A stretch of DNA of 64,000 bases from Iphione sp. A-MEVVRFRX5 (lineage: Eukaryota): NCBI GenBank assembly GCA_976226885.1, contig OZ320317.1:7502001-7566000 (forward strand), written 5' to 3'. Both the position numbers and the translations under genes were made by a program. Position 1 is the first letter of the stretch, and each line of letters begins with the position of its first letter. The notes below the pieces were generated by a model. The model saw nothing but the letters and a program-made list of their open reading frames with translations. It made no database searches and was not told the origin of the DNA. Below, one piece after another: positions 21,620 through 32,499 of the stretch.

Positions 21620-23808
21620 CTACCAAACATGCGTGCGGGACATGTCCTCGTCCCCATCTTCTGACATCAAATACTCACTGGGGATAACACCTACTGTTGA
21701 TACACTTCCGCTCTTAGGTGGTAGCGGGATCGGCAAGCTACCTTTACCTTTGGATTCGGACAGCAGGGAGACTTGCGTGGATCGGACGGAATCTTCTCGT
21801 GAGACTGTGCTACACCCAGTTTTAGGGGTAGGAGGCAAGGGTCTCTTTACTCCTGAAGCGGCCAGATCCCGGAGTTCCATTGTAGACCTTTGCCTGCCTA
21901 CTACCCGTCCAACTGGCTTAGTCCATTGACTTGTTAACCATCGTTTCTTCTTACATACACAACATAACACAATCGCGGTCAGAACACCTAGGATGGAAAA
22001 ACTTGAGCCCACGGAAGAGCCTATTATTAACTTTTTCTTTTCAAATGTTGGTGGTTTTACCCATAATGCCTGCGGGTCCCCGGCTTTTAACGTGAGCGGT
22101 GCATGCTCCACGAGCCTTTTTACCTTTTTGAAGTCCTTCAACTGTTCAATTTTGAAGCCAAATCAATGGTTTCCGCAGGTTTCGTTTCCTCAACATTATC
22201 TAATGCAATCTGTCGAATATACTCCCCAGCAACCCGCCATGAATCTGCTTCCGCTAGGCACCCAGGCCCTAGTTGGAGGATTCTTATTCTTCCGATCTTC
22301 TCACGTTTTTCCTGTTGACCCAAGCAATGTATAGAAAACTCTGAACCATTTCTTCCAGATAGTAAGTATGTGTTCCGTCTTAATTTATAGGCCACATTGG
22401 CCCGAGGGTCCGAAAATAGCCTAATTGTACAAGCTTTTAATTTCTCCTGTTGTCCAATAATAATACCCGTCACACATTGCTCATGTTGGTGGTGGACCGC
22501 CGGTGGGCAAACCACGGGTCGGTCCCCATAACACTCTGAGATACTGATTATCCCTCCCCTCCTGGTGTTCCAACCTACCTGTGCTGGAATATCCACAGTT
22601 TCCCGCCAGACATTCTTTGTACCGGTGTACACAGGTACGCTCCTGATAGTATACAATATGTATTCCTCATTGTTAACGGTGGGAACGGCTGCCCTGTATA
22701 CAAATTCGTTTTGTTTCATCCATAAAAGTTCTACCCCCACATTTCTGTAATACCAATGTAATGGGAGGGAGTGCGATGTCAGTTCCCCCTCCTGTCGTGC
22801 CAAAATGTCACTCAGTTGTTCAGGGGTAAGAAGGTCGGCCGTCAACCATCCGCGATCGAGTGCGCGCTGTTGATCAACGAATAGTCCATGGCGGTCCTTC
22901 CAGTCCCTATAAATGACTTCTAATTCATTCAACACCCTATCCACATCCTGCATAATTTCTAACTGAGTTATTCGCTGTATACCTGCCGCCAACCTATTTT
23001 GCAACTCCGAGGCTGCTTTCTCTAATGTTCGTATATGTTTTTCATCTATCCTCATCTGGTAACCCTGCTGGTTAACAGTAGCTATTGTCTTATTTACCAG
23101 AGTCACCAGTTCATTGTGCGAGTGCACCAGTTCCTCTTGCGTTGTCCTCAGTACGTCCACGGTTTTCTGCAAGTCCTGTACCTCTGCCTCAGTTGCCGTC
23201 CCAAACAACCAGTTACTCAGTCGGCCTACCCCGTCGACCACGCCACGTTTCTGCCGAGTAACTGTACGGGGGTGACCAGACAAGGCGTCCCTCATCTGAT
23301 CCACCCGATCGGTCCACATCTGGTGGGTTCGGTTTGATGCTTTACCCCGCATGTGCTCGAGGTAAACTTGCACCAAACTAATCGCCTTCTGCACATCTGT
23401 TGGCATGGGCCTCTGAATTGCTACCAGAACAGTCCATGTCCCTACAACTTCTCGCCCGGCTCCTGTCTATGTTACCAGGACGCCGTCCTCTTCTAATAAC
23501 GACGCCGTACTGAATACGGCGGCACAGAGCATGAACACCGTCCTACACAGTAGACGCATGGTCGTTTGTTGGTCGGTTGCGTCTTCTTGGCCTCCCGTGT
23601 TGGTTGCCGAACGCTTCCTCAGAACAACTGGTTCGGTCTCGATCTGCTCTAGCCCTGCGTTTTCTGTGAACGTTGGTCCACGTTGTCTCTTTGCTGTCGC
23701 GCTGTCACTGTCAGGGGCGAGTGGTTCCCCGCTCCTTTTATGGCCTCCGCGTCGGGGTGGTGGCAGAGTCCAATCAGGGTCGTCTTCGTAGCGGCCAATG
23801 GGTCTCAT
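21620..23808 (-). pseudogene. env: env: baculovirus-F/errantivirus-like fusion glycoprotein, disrupted by one TAG (23467-23469) and one frameshift (about 22140)
   Basis: Signal-like MRLLCRTVFMLCAAVFSTA; furin site RQKR followed by fusion peptide GVVDGVGRLSNWLFGTA; heptad repeats; Cys-rich ectodomain; TM LIIGSSVGSSFSILGVLTAIVLCCVC-KKKR. ORFs 23467..23877 and 22138..23406 are in the same frame. Confidence 0.88.
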
Positions 23809-26800
23809 TTTAGCTGCGCGTGGCAGATAAGTCCTCCCCTTGGCTTGACGGGTGGTAGCGGTGATGGGACGTCCCAAACGAGGTCCCTCGGGATGATCCG
23901 AACTTGTGACTGGTTAACCGTTTTAATAACCCCCGACTTCTGATGACGGCAGCGTATGACCGGCCCCTGAACCCGGATAACTTCGAACTCTGGGTTCCAC
24001 TTAGGATCGAACTGTGCCTCCCGGTTATTGCGCAACACGACCGTGTCCCCTGGTTGAACTTCCTGTCGTGTAGCACGTGCTTCCAGCCGTCTCTGGTTGA
24101 ACTCTCGTGACTCCTGCGTACGTCGTGCCGCATCCTGGAGTGCCCTTGCCAAGGCGCCCAACCGATCGCTCACTATTGTAGGGTCCTGACCTTCCACGCG
24201 TCGCAACATTGACGTCACCGGGATCTTTGGTCTTCTCCCATACATCAGGAAAAATGGTGTGTAGCCTGTCACTACTGAGGTGGAAATACGGTGAGCTAGA
24301 AGGGCGTTTCCCAGCTCATCTTCCCACCGACTGATGCACCCGTTCACCAACTTTCTGATCAGTTGCTTAAGTGTACGATGAAACCTCTCAACACGACCAT
24401 TACTCTGCGGATGATAGGGTGTCGTTCGCCGATGCTCAATATCCATCTGTTTCATGTAGCTGCCCAGTGCTTCGCCATTGAACTCACCTCCTTGGTCAGT
24501 GATGATCACTTCTGGAGTCCCATACCGTGGAATGAACTCCCTCTCAAGGAAGTTCAAGACGTTCTGCTCCCCCTTGGTTGGTATGGGTTTAGCCTCCACC
24601 CAACCAGTACAATGGTCAATGACAGTTAATATGTACCGGTTACCTTCTGAAGAAACCTCGAATGGGCCTGTCAGGTCCATTCCTAAGATCTGCATCGGGT
24701 ACGTGGCTATGGGCATCTCACCTGGGCGGGCGTGTTGTTGGGTGTCCCTATGCATTGCACATTTGGTGCACTTTGCTAACGTCGTCTTGACATCTCGTCT
24801 CATGCGCGGCCACTTATATGCCTCCTTAATGCGCCATAAGGTCTTGTTCACTCCCTGATGCCCGACTTCCGTATGGGCACGCCGGATGACTCTCCATCGG
24901 TGCGAAGGCGGTAGAACCAGTCTTGGGTAGGGTGCAGCGCCGCTTTCTTCTGTGATGTCGTACAAGAGTCCTCCTGTCAAGACGTATTGTTCATCATCTC
25001 CGTCTTTTGCTTTCTCATACTCTTCCATGGTTGCTTGTTCTTCCCGCAACTGGTCCATGTCCAAGCCGTCTGTGTCCCAGGGTATGGGCGTGTCATCTTC
25101 TGTTGCTTCCTGCGGGCTGGCCCATGGCATTGCGGGATCAAAGATGCACACTTCAGGTGGCGCCCTGATTCGGCTGAGCATATCGGCACGTATGTTGTGT
25201 GATCCTTGTCTGTATTCTATAGGGGCTCCATATTCTTCGAGTAGCACGGCCCATCTCTGGATCCGAGTGTTAGCTACCTCTTGCAGAAATAGGGATTTCA
25301 GTGGTTTATGGTCGGTCAGGATGGTAAACTTAGCCCCATACAGATATGGTTGTAGTTTCTTCAAACAGTAGATCACCGCCCATGCTTCCTTCTGGATCAC
25401 TGCCCACTTCTTCTGTCGGTCATCTAACTTCTTAGACACGTACTGCACCACTCGCTCCACCCCCTTCACTTCCTGTACCAGGATGCCACCAATCGCATAG
25501 TCACAGGCATCCGTGTACAGCTTGTACGGTTGACTGGGGTCAGGGATGGTCATGACATGAGAGCTAGTCAGGGCTAGCTTCAGTTGATCGAACGATCGTT
25601 GGTGTCGGTCAGTCCACTCCCACTTCTTATTCTTCTTTGTCAGTTCGGTGAGGGGTGTAGCAATCGCAGCAAAGTTCTCTACACACTGTCTGTAATAGCC
25701 GGCCATCCCCAGAAAGCTCCGTACTACTTTCACACTTTCAGGCCTACCCAAGTCGCGGATAGCGGTCACCTTGTCGGGGTCTGACTGGATACCGTCTTGT
25801 GACACTACGTACCCCAACAGCTTCACCTCCCTGGCATCGAACGTACACTTGGATGGTTTCAGTTTGATGCCAGCTTCAATCAGGCGCTCCAATACAGCTC
25901 GGGTGTTCTGCTCGTGTTCTTCATCGGATTCAGAGTAGATTACTATGTCATCCAGGTACACCATCACACAACGTCCGATAAGATCACGGAGCACTTCTTG
26001 CATCAGTCTCTGAAAAACAGCCGGGGCGTTGCACAACCCAAATGGCATCACCAGGAACTCAAATAGACCTCTATGGGTCACAAACGCTGTCTTCTCGATT
26101 GATTCGGTGCTCATCGGTACCTGCCAGTATCCACTTTTCAGATCCAACGTTGTAAGCTTGGTACTGCCACCCAGCTGGTCGAAAATGTCTTGCACCAAAG
26201 GTAGCGGATGACTATCTTTGACGGTGATGGAATTCAGTCTGCGATAGTCAACACAGAACCTTGTGGATCCGTCCTTCTTTGGTACCAGGGTGATTGGAGA
26301 CGCCCACGGTGACTTGGACGGTCGAATCACCCCATCTGTCAGCATCTTGTCGAGCTCTTCCTCAACAAGTCTTCTTTTGTACAAGGGCATCCTATAGGCC
26401 CTAAGACGGAAGGGTCCCTGATCTGCGGTATCACTAGAACAGGTGGTCTTGACTCGCCCCAGAGGCTCTGACTCGTTAGCAAACACCTCGGGGTATTCTG
26501 TCGCCCACCGTGTGTCCCCGATGACACACGCCACTGGAACTCCCTTTGTCGTCCGGAAAGGATAGTCCTTGTCCGCTATAGTCATGGTTCGTTGATCATA
26601 GTTGATGATCCCTCCTCCATCCCTGAGGTAATCATCCCCTACAATAACTTCATGGGGTAGTCCCCTGACTACCACGGCAGTTAACGTCCTCCCTCCATCT
26701 ACGGGCAATGCCACCTTTCCCAGCACGTGAAGGTGGTGCCCCGAAACACTGCACAATGCGGGTGAAGCAGAGAGCATCGGTTGACGATGGACTCTGCTAC

Positions 26801-26930
26801 AGACGAAACGAAAATGTTTTTCACTCACCAGTGAACAGGACGCTCCCGTGTCGACCAAAGCCACCGTGTTGACCCCGTGGATGGATAGACGGATGGTCGG
26901 TCGCTCTGGCAACACGGTGCTTAGTTTCCC
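23805..26930 (-). CDS. pol: pol polyprotein (protease-RT-RNase H-integrase), Gypsy order
   Basis: LVDTGAS (protease), YLDDIVIYS (RT), LYTDACDYAIGGIL (RNase H), HTEVGHQG...CTKC (HHCC), MDLTGPF...ITDQGGEF...NGRVER (DDE). Open for more than 1036 codons. Confidence 0.97.
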   Translation of the reverse strand, partial: GKLSTVLPERPTIRLSIHGVNTVALVDTGASCSLVSEKHFRFVCSRVHRQPMLSASPALCSVSGHHLHVLGKVALPVDGGRTLTAVVVRGLPHEVIVGDDYLRDGGGIINYDQRTMTIADKDYPFRTTKGVPVACVIGDTRWATEYPEVFANESEPLGRVKTTCSSDTADQGPFRLRAYRMPLYKRRLVEEELDKMLTDGVIRPSKSPWASPITLVPKKDGSTRFCVDYRRLNSITVKDSHPLPLVQDIFDQLGGSTKLTTLDLKSGYWQVPMSTESIEKTAFVTHRGLFEFLVMPFGLCNAPAVFQRLMQEVLRDLIGRCVMVYLDDIVIYSESDEEHEQNTRAVLERLIEAGIKLKPSKCTFDAREVKLLGYVVSQDGIQSDPDKVTAIRDLGRPESVKVVRSFLGMAGYYRQCVENFAAIATPLTELTKKNKKWEWTDRHQRSFDQLKLALTSSHVMTIPDPSQPYKLYTDACDYAIGGILVQEVKGVERVVQYVSKKLDDRQKKWAVIQKEAWAVIYCLKKLQPYLYGAKFTILTDHKPLKSLFLQEVANTRIQRWAVLLEEYGAPIEYRQGSHNIRADMLSRIRAPPEVCIFDPAMPWASPQEATEDDTPIPWDTDGLDMDQLREEQATMEEYEKAKDGDDEQYVLTGGLLYDITEESGAAPYPRLVLPPSHRWRVIRRAHTEVGHQGVNKTLWRIKEAYKWPRMRRDVKTTLAKCTKCAMHRDTQQHARPGEMPIATYPMQILGMDLTGPFEVSSEGNRYILTVIDHCTGWVEAKPIPTKGEQNVLNFLEREFIPRYGTPEVIITDQGGEFNGEALGSYMKQMDIEHRRTTPYHPQSNGRVERFHRTLKQLIRKLVNGCISRWEDELGNALLAHRISTSVVTGYTPFFLMYGRRPKIPVTSMLRRVEGQDPTIVSDRLGALARALQDAARRTQESREFNQRRLEARATRQEVQPGDTVVLRNNREAQFDPKWNPEFEVIRVQGPVIRCRHQKSGVIKTVNQSQVRIIPRDLVWDVPSPLPPVKPRGGLICHAQLK

Positions 26931-27891
26931 TGATGTTCTTGTCGGGCTTCAGCTACTTGGTTCCTCATTCCTCCACTGCACTCCCTTCCGATGTGGCCCA
27001 GACGTCCACATCGAAGACAGTAGGGGGTACCGTCTTCACTCCATCGTCTCCGATCAGCCTGCGGTCGCGTGGCCCTAGGCTGGTCAACCGGGATTGGCTG
27101 TCGTGGTGGTGGTACTGGCTCTTTCTCCTTTCTACTAAGCTTCGTTACTTGCTTTTGCAACCCCCTCACCTGCCTCTGTAGCTCCTCCATAACCTCGACT
27201 ACTGACTTTCCATCTTTTGTCTGTCTTCCCGCATCGAAGGCATTGACGTCCATTGGTTCGTTCCTTACCTTGTCTTGCGTGGTGGCCCATGGCGCCCCAT
27301 TTCATCTTTAGCCAGGGCAATAGAGCGTGCCACGTCTCCTGCTTGAGCCATGGCTATTTGTACGGTAGTCGGCCGGGTCAGATATACCCTCTCCATAATG
27401 CTTCTGTCGTTTATACCTTGGATGTAAAACCGAACCAGTCTCTCCTTCGTTAGCTGCTCCTTCAATTGCTCTGGCGTGTAGGCTTGATTCATGGCCTCAA
27501 GAAAGCCCTGTCCATATTCCCTTACCGACTCGTAGGGCCGTTGCCTCATCTTCTCTAACTCGTTTCTTCTGTATTCCATTTCATCTTCTTCAAGGAATGT
27601 GGTTACCATGTGTTCTTTGACCTGTTCCCAGGTTCCAGTCCTTCCTGGCTGTGAAGCCAGGAACGTCTGGATGCTAGACCGGAGTGTCCCCTTTGTCAGG
27701 TAGCCCAATATCGGAACCAGCAATTTGTCCTCGATAACTAGCCATTGCTTGATCGAATCTAAGTCATCGAGGAGCCTCCTTACTTCGTCCCTAGACTTCC
27801 CATCGCATGGGGTCATTCGTTTCGTGTATTCTCGGATGTGAGCTTGTATTTGTGGGGCCTCGGCCTTGTCTTTTACTTGCGCCTGTGCCAT
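26921..27891 (-). CDS. gag: gag (capsid-like domain plus CCHC zinc knuckle), split by a single-base frameshift near 27290
   Basis: The 208-aa ORF (TWEQVKEHMVTTF...RQRPYESVREY...RFYIQGI) continues in the -1 frame to EPMDVN...CLRCGRLGHIGREC. Confidence 0.85.
26924..26930 (-). promoter_or_regulatory. -1 ribosomal frameshift slippery site G GGA AAC at the gag/pol junction
   Basis: Gag ends CAG GGA AAC TAA, and pol is open in the -1 frame across the heptamer with no ATG of its own. Confidence 0.85.
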
Positions 27892-28129
27892 GGTTACTAC
27901 TTTCTTTTCCTTCCCCTTCTCCTTTCTTCTCTTCTTCTACAATAGCTGCTTTCCTCTTCTCTTCCCTCTTCTATCTTCTACGGCAATTTCTTTTCCTCTT
28001 CTATCTCATATGGTTCGACTTAATTCACTTACTTGTCACTCATCAGTGGCCCTTTTTGTGCCTCGTTTGTGGGTCTGGAAGATGTCTCTTCCTTTGGGTG
28101 CTCGTGTTCCTCTCACCAGGTCGCATCAG

Positions 28130-28147
28130 ATCCCATCCTCGTCGCCA
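28130..28147 (-). other. Primer-binding site complementary to the 3' end of tRNA-Ser(GCU)
   Basis: The plus strand reads ATCCCATCCTCGTCGCCA (18 nt, ending in CCA), 4 nt from the 5' LTR. This matches the 3' end of metazoan tRNA-Ser-GCT as I recall it. Confidence 0.85.
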
Positions 28148-28151
28148 AATC

Positions 28152-29043
28152 TGTGGGGACGCCCTTCTTCCTATCGGTCGGCCTCACAGTGGTGGGGCGC
28201 ATCGTAGTCACCGTGGGTCCTCTGTGGGGGGGCTAGGCCACACCGGCGGTTGAATGCTGAAGGTCCCACCTTCTCTACTTACACTTACATAATAATGGGG
28301 GTTTCCCCAATAACTTCACACAACAAGTTAGTGCATTACAGGCGAGCCTCAGTCCTTGGTCTTTCTGTCTTGTCTCTGGTTCAGCAGCCACTCGCGTCGG
28401 TACGTCTGGGAGACCCTCTCTCCGAAGTGTCTGTCCAGTGTCAGTCTGCTCTCTTTTTATTGCGATTTTGCTCATTACATAAAGATCACACCACTACTTA
28501 TTATTCATCATGACATATTGTCATTGGTTCACAAACATCGGATGACCATGAGTTGATACACCAAGCTCCGCCCTCATACCACATTGCTGTCGTTTCACAA
28601 TCATCGGATGACCATGGGCTGACACATCACATTTTGTACCAGGATACAATTTCGTCGTGTCATGCTGAACTAATCGGTACTCCCCTCGTTATGTTATCAA
28701 TACTGGGCCTAAACTTTCAATGAACCCCCTCTTTATGCTGGTCAAACCCTCGTATCCTGTTTCTGATATGTAGCTCTGCCCCTCCAACGATTGTTCACTG
28801 ATTACCCTTGATTATGACGGATTGGTCTATAATTATCTAAGCCGCTGGTCGAACCCTCGTATCCTGTTTCTGATGTGTAGCTCTGCTCCTCCAATGATTG
28901 TTCATTGATTATGATTGCCCTTGATTATGACGGATCAGTCTATAATTATCTAAGCCTGCCTATGTGGGTATGATCGGCTACCTTAAACTCTATACATACA
29001 TTTCTTACCATAAAACTCAATATTCTAGTCCCCATACTTTACA
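28152..29043 (-). repeat. 5' LTR (892 bp)
   Basis: Near-identical to 19468-20355; bounded by the PBS and the CTAG TSD. Confidence 0.97.
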
Positions 29044-30050
29044 CTAGCGCGTTCTCCATTGGCATTGACATCATCTGAGTTTTTCCATCCGGGTGTTTCC
29101 CCATTCTCTATGCTGATGACCTTACAGTATATGCTGAAAATATCTTCCAACTCAGGGATATTGCAATAAGTGTACTCAATAAGGTATCCCAGTGGTGCAG
29201 TGAGACAGGGCTGTTATTGAGTAAAGACAAATTTTTGTACATAACCATAGGCAAGACTTTCGGATTCAATCTTGATCTTATCATAGGCAGTGATCAACTT
29301 TGTAGGGTCCCTTGTGCAAAAATCTTTTGATACCATATCTCATCTGATCTGGGTCCAGTTTACACTTTGAGGTATCTAAAGAGAGCCCTTTTGACTGCAA
29401 GCCTCAGGATTGGTAGAACTAAAGAACTATTGCCAGTAAGTGCAAAGAAGATTTTATTTTCTTCCTTGGTACTGACTCATCTAAACTACCACTCGATATT
29501 GTTATTTGACATGTCAAAGAGCCAGAGATCAAGGGTCCAATCTCTCCTGAATAGGTGTGCTTGAGTCTGTTTTCAGACTGGTGACTGCATTCCAGCATGG
29601 CTGCTAGCTGAAAGGTTCTCCGTACCTGACATATCCTCATCGGTTTACAACAGAGGTACAAAAGTAATTGGCAAACTATTAAATCTGGGTCTTATCCCTA
29701 CTGCCACAACAACGAAAACTCAATCAGGTTCTGTTGTTTGAGGTGGTGTTCCAAATCCTAAAAGTAGTAAGTTCAGGCACATTCTGTGTTTTAAAACAGT
29801 TGTACAGTGGAATCTCAAATTGCTCAGTAAAACGTAACTTGTTGGGTTTGACTTGTGATGCTGATTATTATATTTCATAGAAGAATTACTTTTCATCTTT
29901 TGTGTCATGTTTATCCCACATGTTTCTTCCATTTCTATGGATATCGTCTCTCAATGTGCTAAATATTTCTGGGAACAGCTGTCTGTCTCAATACTTCTTT
30001 ATGTACTATTTACTCACTGAAGTGTCACATGTGTAATGTTAATAAATTTT
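29044..30050 (+). mobile_element. LINE, 3' part of the RT gene (continuation of 18768-19467)
   Basis: SAFSIGIDII, ILYADDLTVYA and KILFSSLVLTHLNYHS follow the TSD. Stops are present; aataaa near 30040. Confidence 0.85.
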
Positions 30051-30649
30051 TGAAGTACGCACTTAAAGACTAACTCAGATGAAAGTTTGAAAAATTAGCT
30101 ACTATTGTTTAGCTCATACAAAATGTTTCTTCATAATTACTCAGCACTAATATGGTACAGATTTTCAAGTGAAATGCTGAAGCATTGCAACATATTGTGT
30201 TCACAAAGCGTGATGTTTTTCTGCTTCTTGACCTTGTCCAGCACTGTTGTATCTGTTCTTCAATATTTATTTCCAAGGCAAGCTCCTAATTTTGTATTAT
30301 GGAGAAAGAAATGAAAATCTTGAAATCTATCAAATACAGGTACTTAAAAAGTATCAAACTACAGAAAAAGTAAATAATACATATCAGTACCCAAAAGAAG
30401 CCAAAGTACCTCTTTAAAAGACTTCAGTGACATGATCTATCCAACCTGTAACACAGTTGTCTAGCATTTCGGTGACATTCAATCCTGAAATAGCATTAAA
30501 ATCCATGTTTTCCTCCCTTTTGAAATGTATTGTACCGCATGGGTTTAGGGATGAAAAGAATGGGAAGCTTCCCATCTCTAACAACATTGATTGCACTGCT
30601 GACTGGTGAGTAAAATTGGAACTAGAGTGCTTGAAGTCACTGGAAGGCA

Positions 30650-30900
30650 GTACAACCATTCTTCATCCTTGCATTCGACAAGCCTCAGAAATAGTTACCT
30701 CAGAATGTGACAAAGTGACATTGACTTCCTGCACTTTTTGAATCTGCATGGGTTTTGAAGTGCCCATAGCTGGACACTTGTGACATTACTTACCCTTGGC
30801 TGGGCATGGATCAGGCCCAGGAGAATGATTTGTATTGCCGCATAATGTCACTGATTATTCATCCACATAATTGAACTGGTAATGAATCAAGTTCAGGTAG
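30650..30900 (-). pseudogene. Trace of a Gypsy-type gag zinc knuckle
   Basis: CPAKGK*CHKCPAMGHF resembles CPAxGKxCxKCxxxGHF. Confidence 0.35.
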
Positions 30901-31049
30901 CCTGCCCATCAAGCTGTTGGCAGAATATGCCTATAGTGTGCAGTAATTCTGGCAAGGCTGTAATCTTTTGTCTTATACTGCGTTTTTGCTTTAGCTTATC
31001 ATGTCTGAGAATGGCTTGACATTAAAAACCTGAAAGCAGTTTTGTTCTT

Positions 31050-31600
31050 TTTTAATGTCTCCTTAAACTGGAAAGAGTTCTGGTGTTGTTGGCTTACCAC
31101 TGTATGAAGGCATCTGTGAAAGACCTCAAGATAATTCATTCTCTTTTGTCCATTCTGCAGGCACAACAGTGATCACCTAGTGGGGTCCCATAGTGGCCTC
31201 TGCCATATGATCCTCATCATTGTCCCCTGTTGTCATGCAATTTGATTCTTGTAGAAGCCAATATATGTTCTTTCAAGTCTCTGAGGTAATCTTGAAACTC
31301 TTTCGTCAGGCCTTGTTCATTAATAATGGCCTTGATATCTGTATAGGCCCCATGAACATCACTTGGGACAAAGGTTACAGCAGTTAGCATATTCATATAT
31401 CTTTGTTTCTCTGCATCTTGTGTGTAACCACTATGCAAGCTGCGTTGCACAGGTTTCTCCAGTTTGCCTGGGCAAAGTGGAAAATACAGGTTCACTGGAA
31501 GCTGGAAGATTTCCTGGTCAGGCTGATGTGATGCCATCTCCATGTCTGCCTTAAAGACTTCCACTTGTGGCTAGACATTATGAGGAGGCAACTTATCTAA
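31050..31600 (-). pseudogene. MULE transposase remnant
   Basis: DMEMA...MLTAVTFVPSDVHGAY...EFQDY and downstream RMNYLEVFH (RTNNxLEGFH-like). Confidence 0.55.
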
Positions 31601-32099
31601 TGACGTAAAATCTAGAAATCAATTCTCTTTATTGAGTTGTTGACATGTAGACGGATCAGATATCATGCAGGGATATCTCATTGAACTGTATGACATCATT
31701 TCTCTCTAATAGTCCTTAGAAATGCAATATTTTCTAGTATTTATTTGATTAACATAATTTTGAGAATGTAGAAATTGTTGTTTTACATGTGTTTCAGTAC
31801 TATTAAGTCAATACACCTTGACCACTCAATTAGTAAAACAATATATGGTATAAATTGTTCAGGTATATAAAAAAGAATACATATACAATTACGAAAGCAA
31901 CCATTCCTACAAACCCAGTCAAGACCTCCATTTTGTTTATTGCATGAGATGGCATTGCAACAACATCCATCAATATCCGAGGGAGTCAGTGATCTAACAT
32001 GCCCACAAAATACTTCATTTTTGAATGCTTTGGTAACTTAACTCCTGCAATATGGAAGGGGTAGGAAGAATCTGATTATATCCCGCCTCTGGTGATGCC

Positions 32100-32470
32100 A
32101 CAGGAAAGAGGATCTGCCCATCAGCCACATCAAGGTCGTCACCTTGGCCACCATAGCCTTGTGGTCCAACAGTGGCCCAGTCTCATGCATGCTGACCACC
32201 TCAAGCAAAAGCAAGGAATCTAACTCTTTTTGAGGTGGAGGATCTCTGCCAGCTGCTTCTCCCGGCTGATGTCACTCTCTTTGAGGACCAACTCAGGGTT
32301 AAATCTGGTCCTTTTGAGGACCTTCAAATTCTCTGGCCTTTCCAGAGTGTTGTTAATTCCTTGGCCTTACCCCTTGTGAGGGGGTAATTTGAGTATGTGC
32401 AAACTAGGTTTGGTCCTCCTCTGATGGCTTTTCTGCATGAAACTCTTGCAGGCAGCTACTTTTTATACTA
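32100..32470 (-). pseudogene. Possible DIRS-type ORF1 remnant
   Basis: RPENLKVLKRTRFNPELV resembles the RPENxxxLxxxxVNPEIW motif. Confidence 0.3.
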
Positions 32471-32499
32471 AGGCACAAGTGGATTCCCCCATATTTCAA

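Larger units (their letters stand above)
19468..29043 (-). mobile_element. Full-length env-bearing Ty3/Gypsy LTR retrotransposon (endogenous-retrovirus-like), 9576 bp
   Basis: TGT...ACA LTRs of 888 and 892 bp, a 4-bp CTAG TSD (19464-19467 and 29044-29047), PBS, PPT, and the order gag-pol-env-ORF4. Confidence 0.97.

Noticed and set aside
22130-22160. Programmed frameshift producing secreted versus membrane-bound Env
   Set aside because: No XXXYYYZ heptamer is present, and it lies beside an A-run prone to indels. Sibling copies would be needed to revive this idea.
23467-23469. Programmed stop-codon readthrough in env
   Set aside because: The context ACA TAG ACA GGA is not a known leaky context; a CAG-to-TAG transition is more likely.
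27253-27320. Programmed frameshift inside gag
   Set aside because: There is no canonical slippery heptamer. LTR divergence (2 indels in ~1.8 kb) predicts several post-insertion indels in the internal region, so mutation or assembly error is the simpler explanation.
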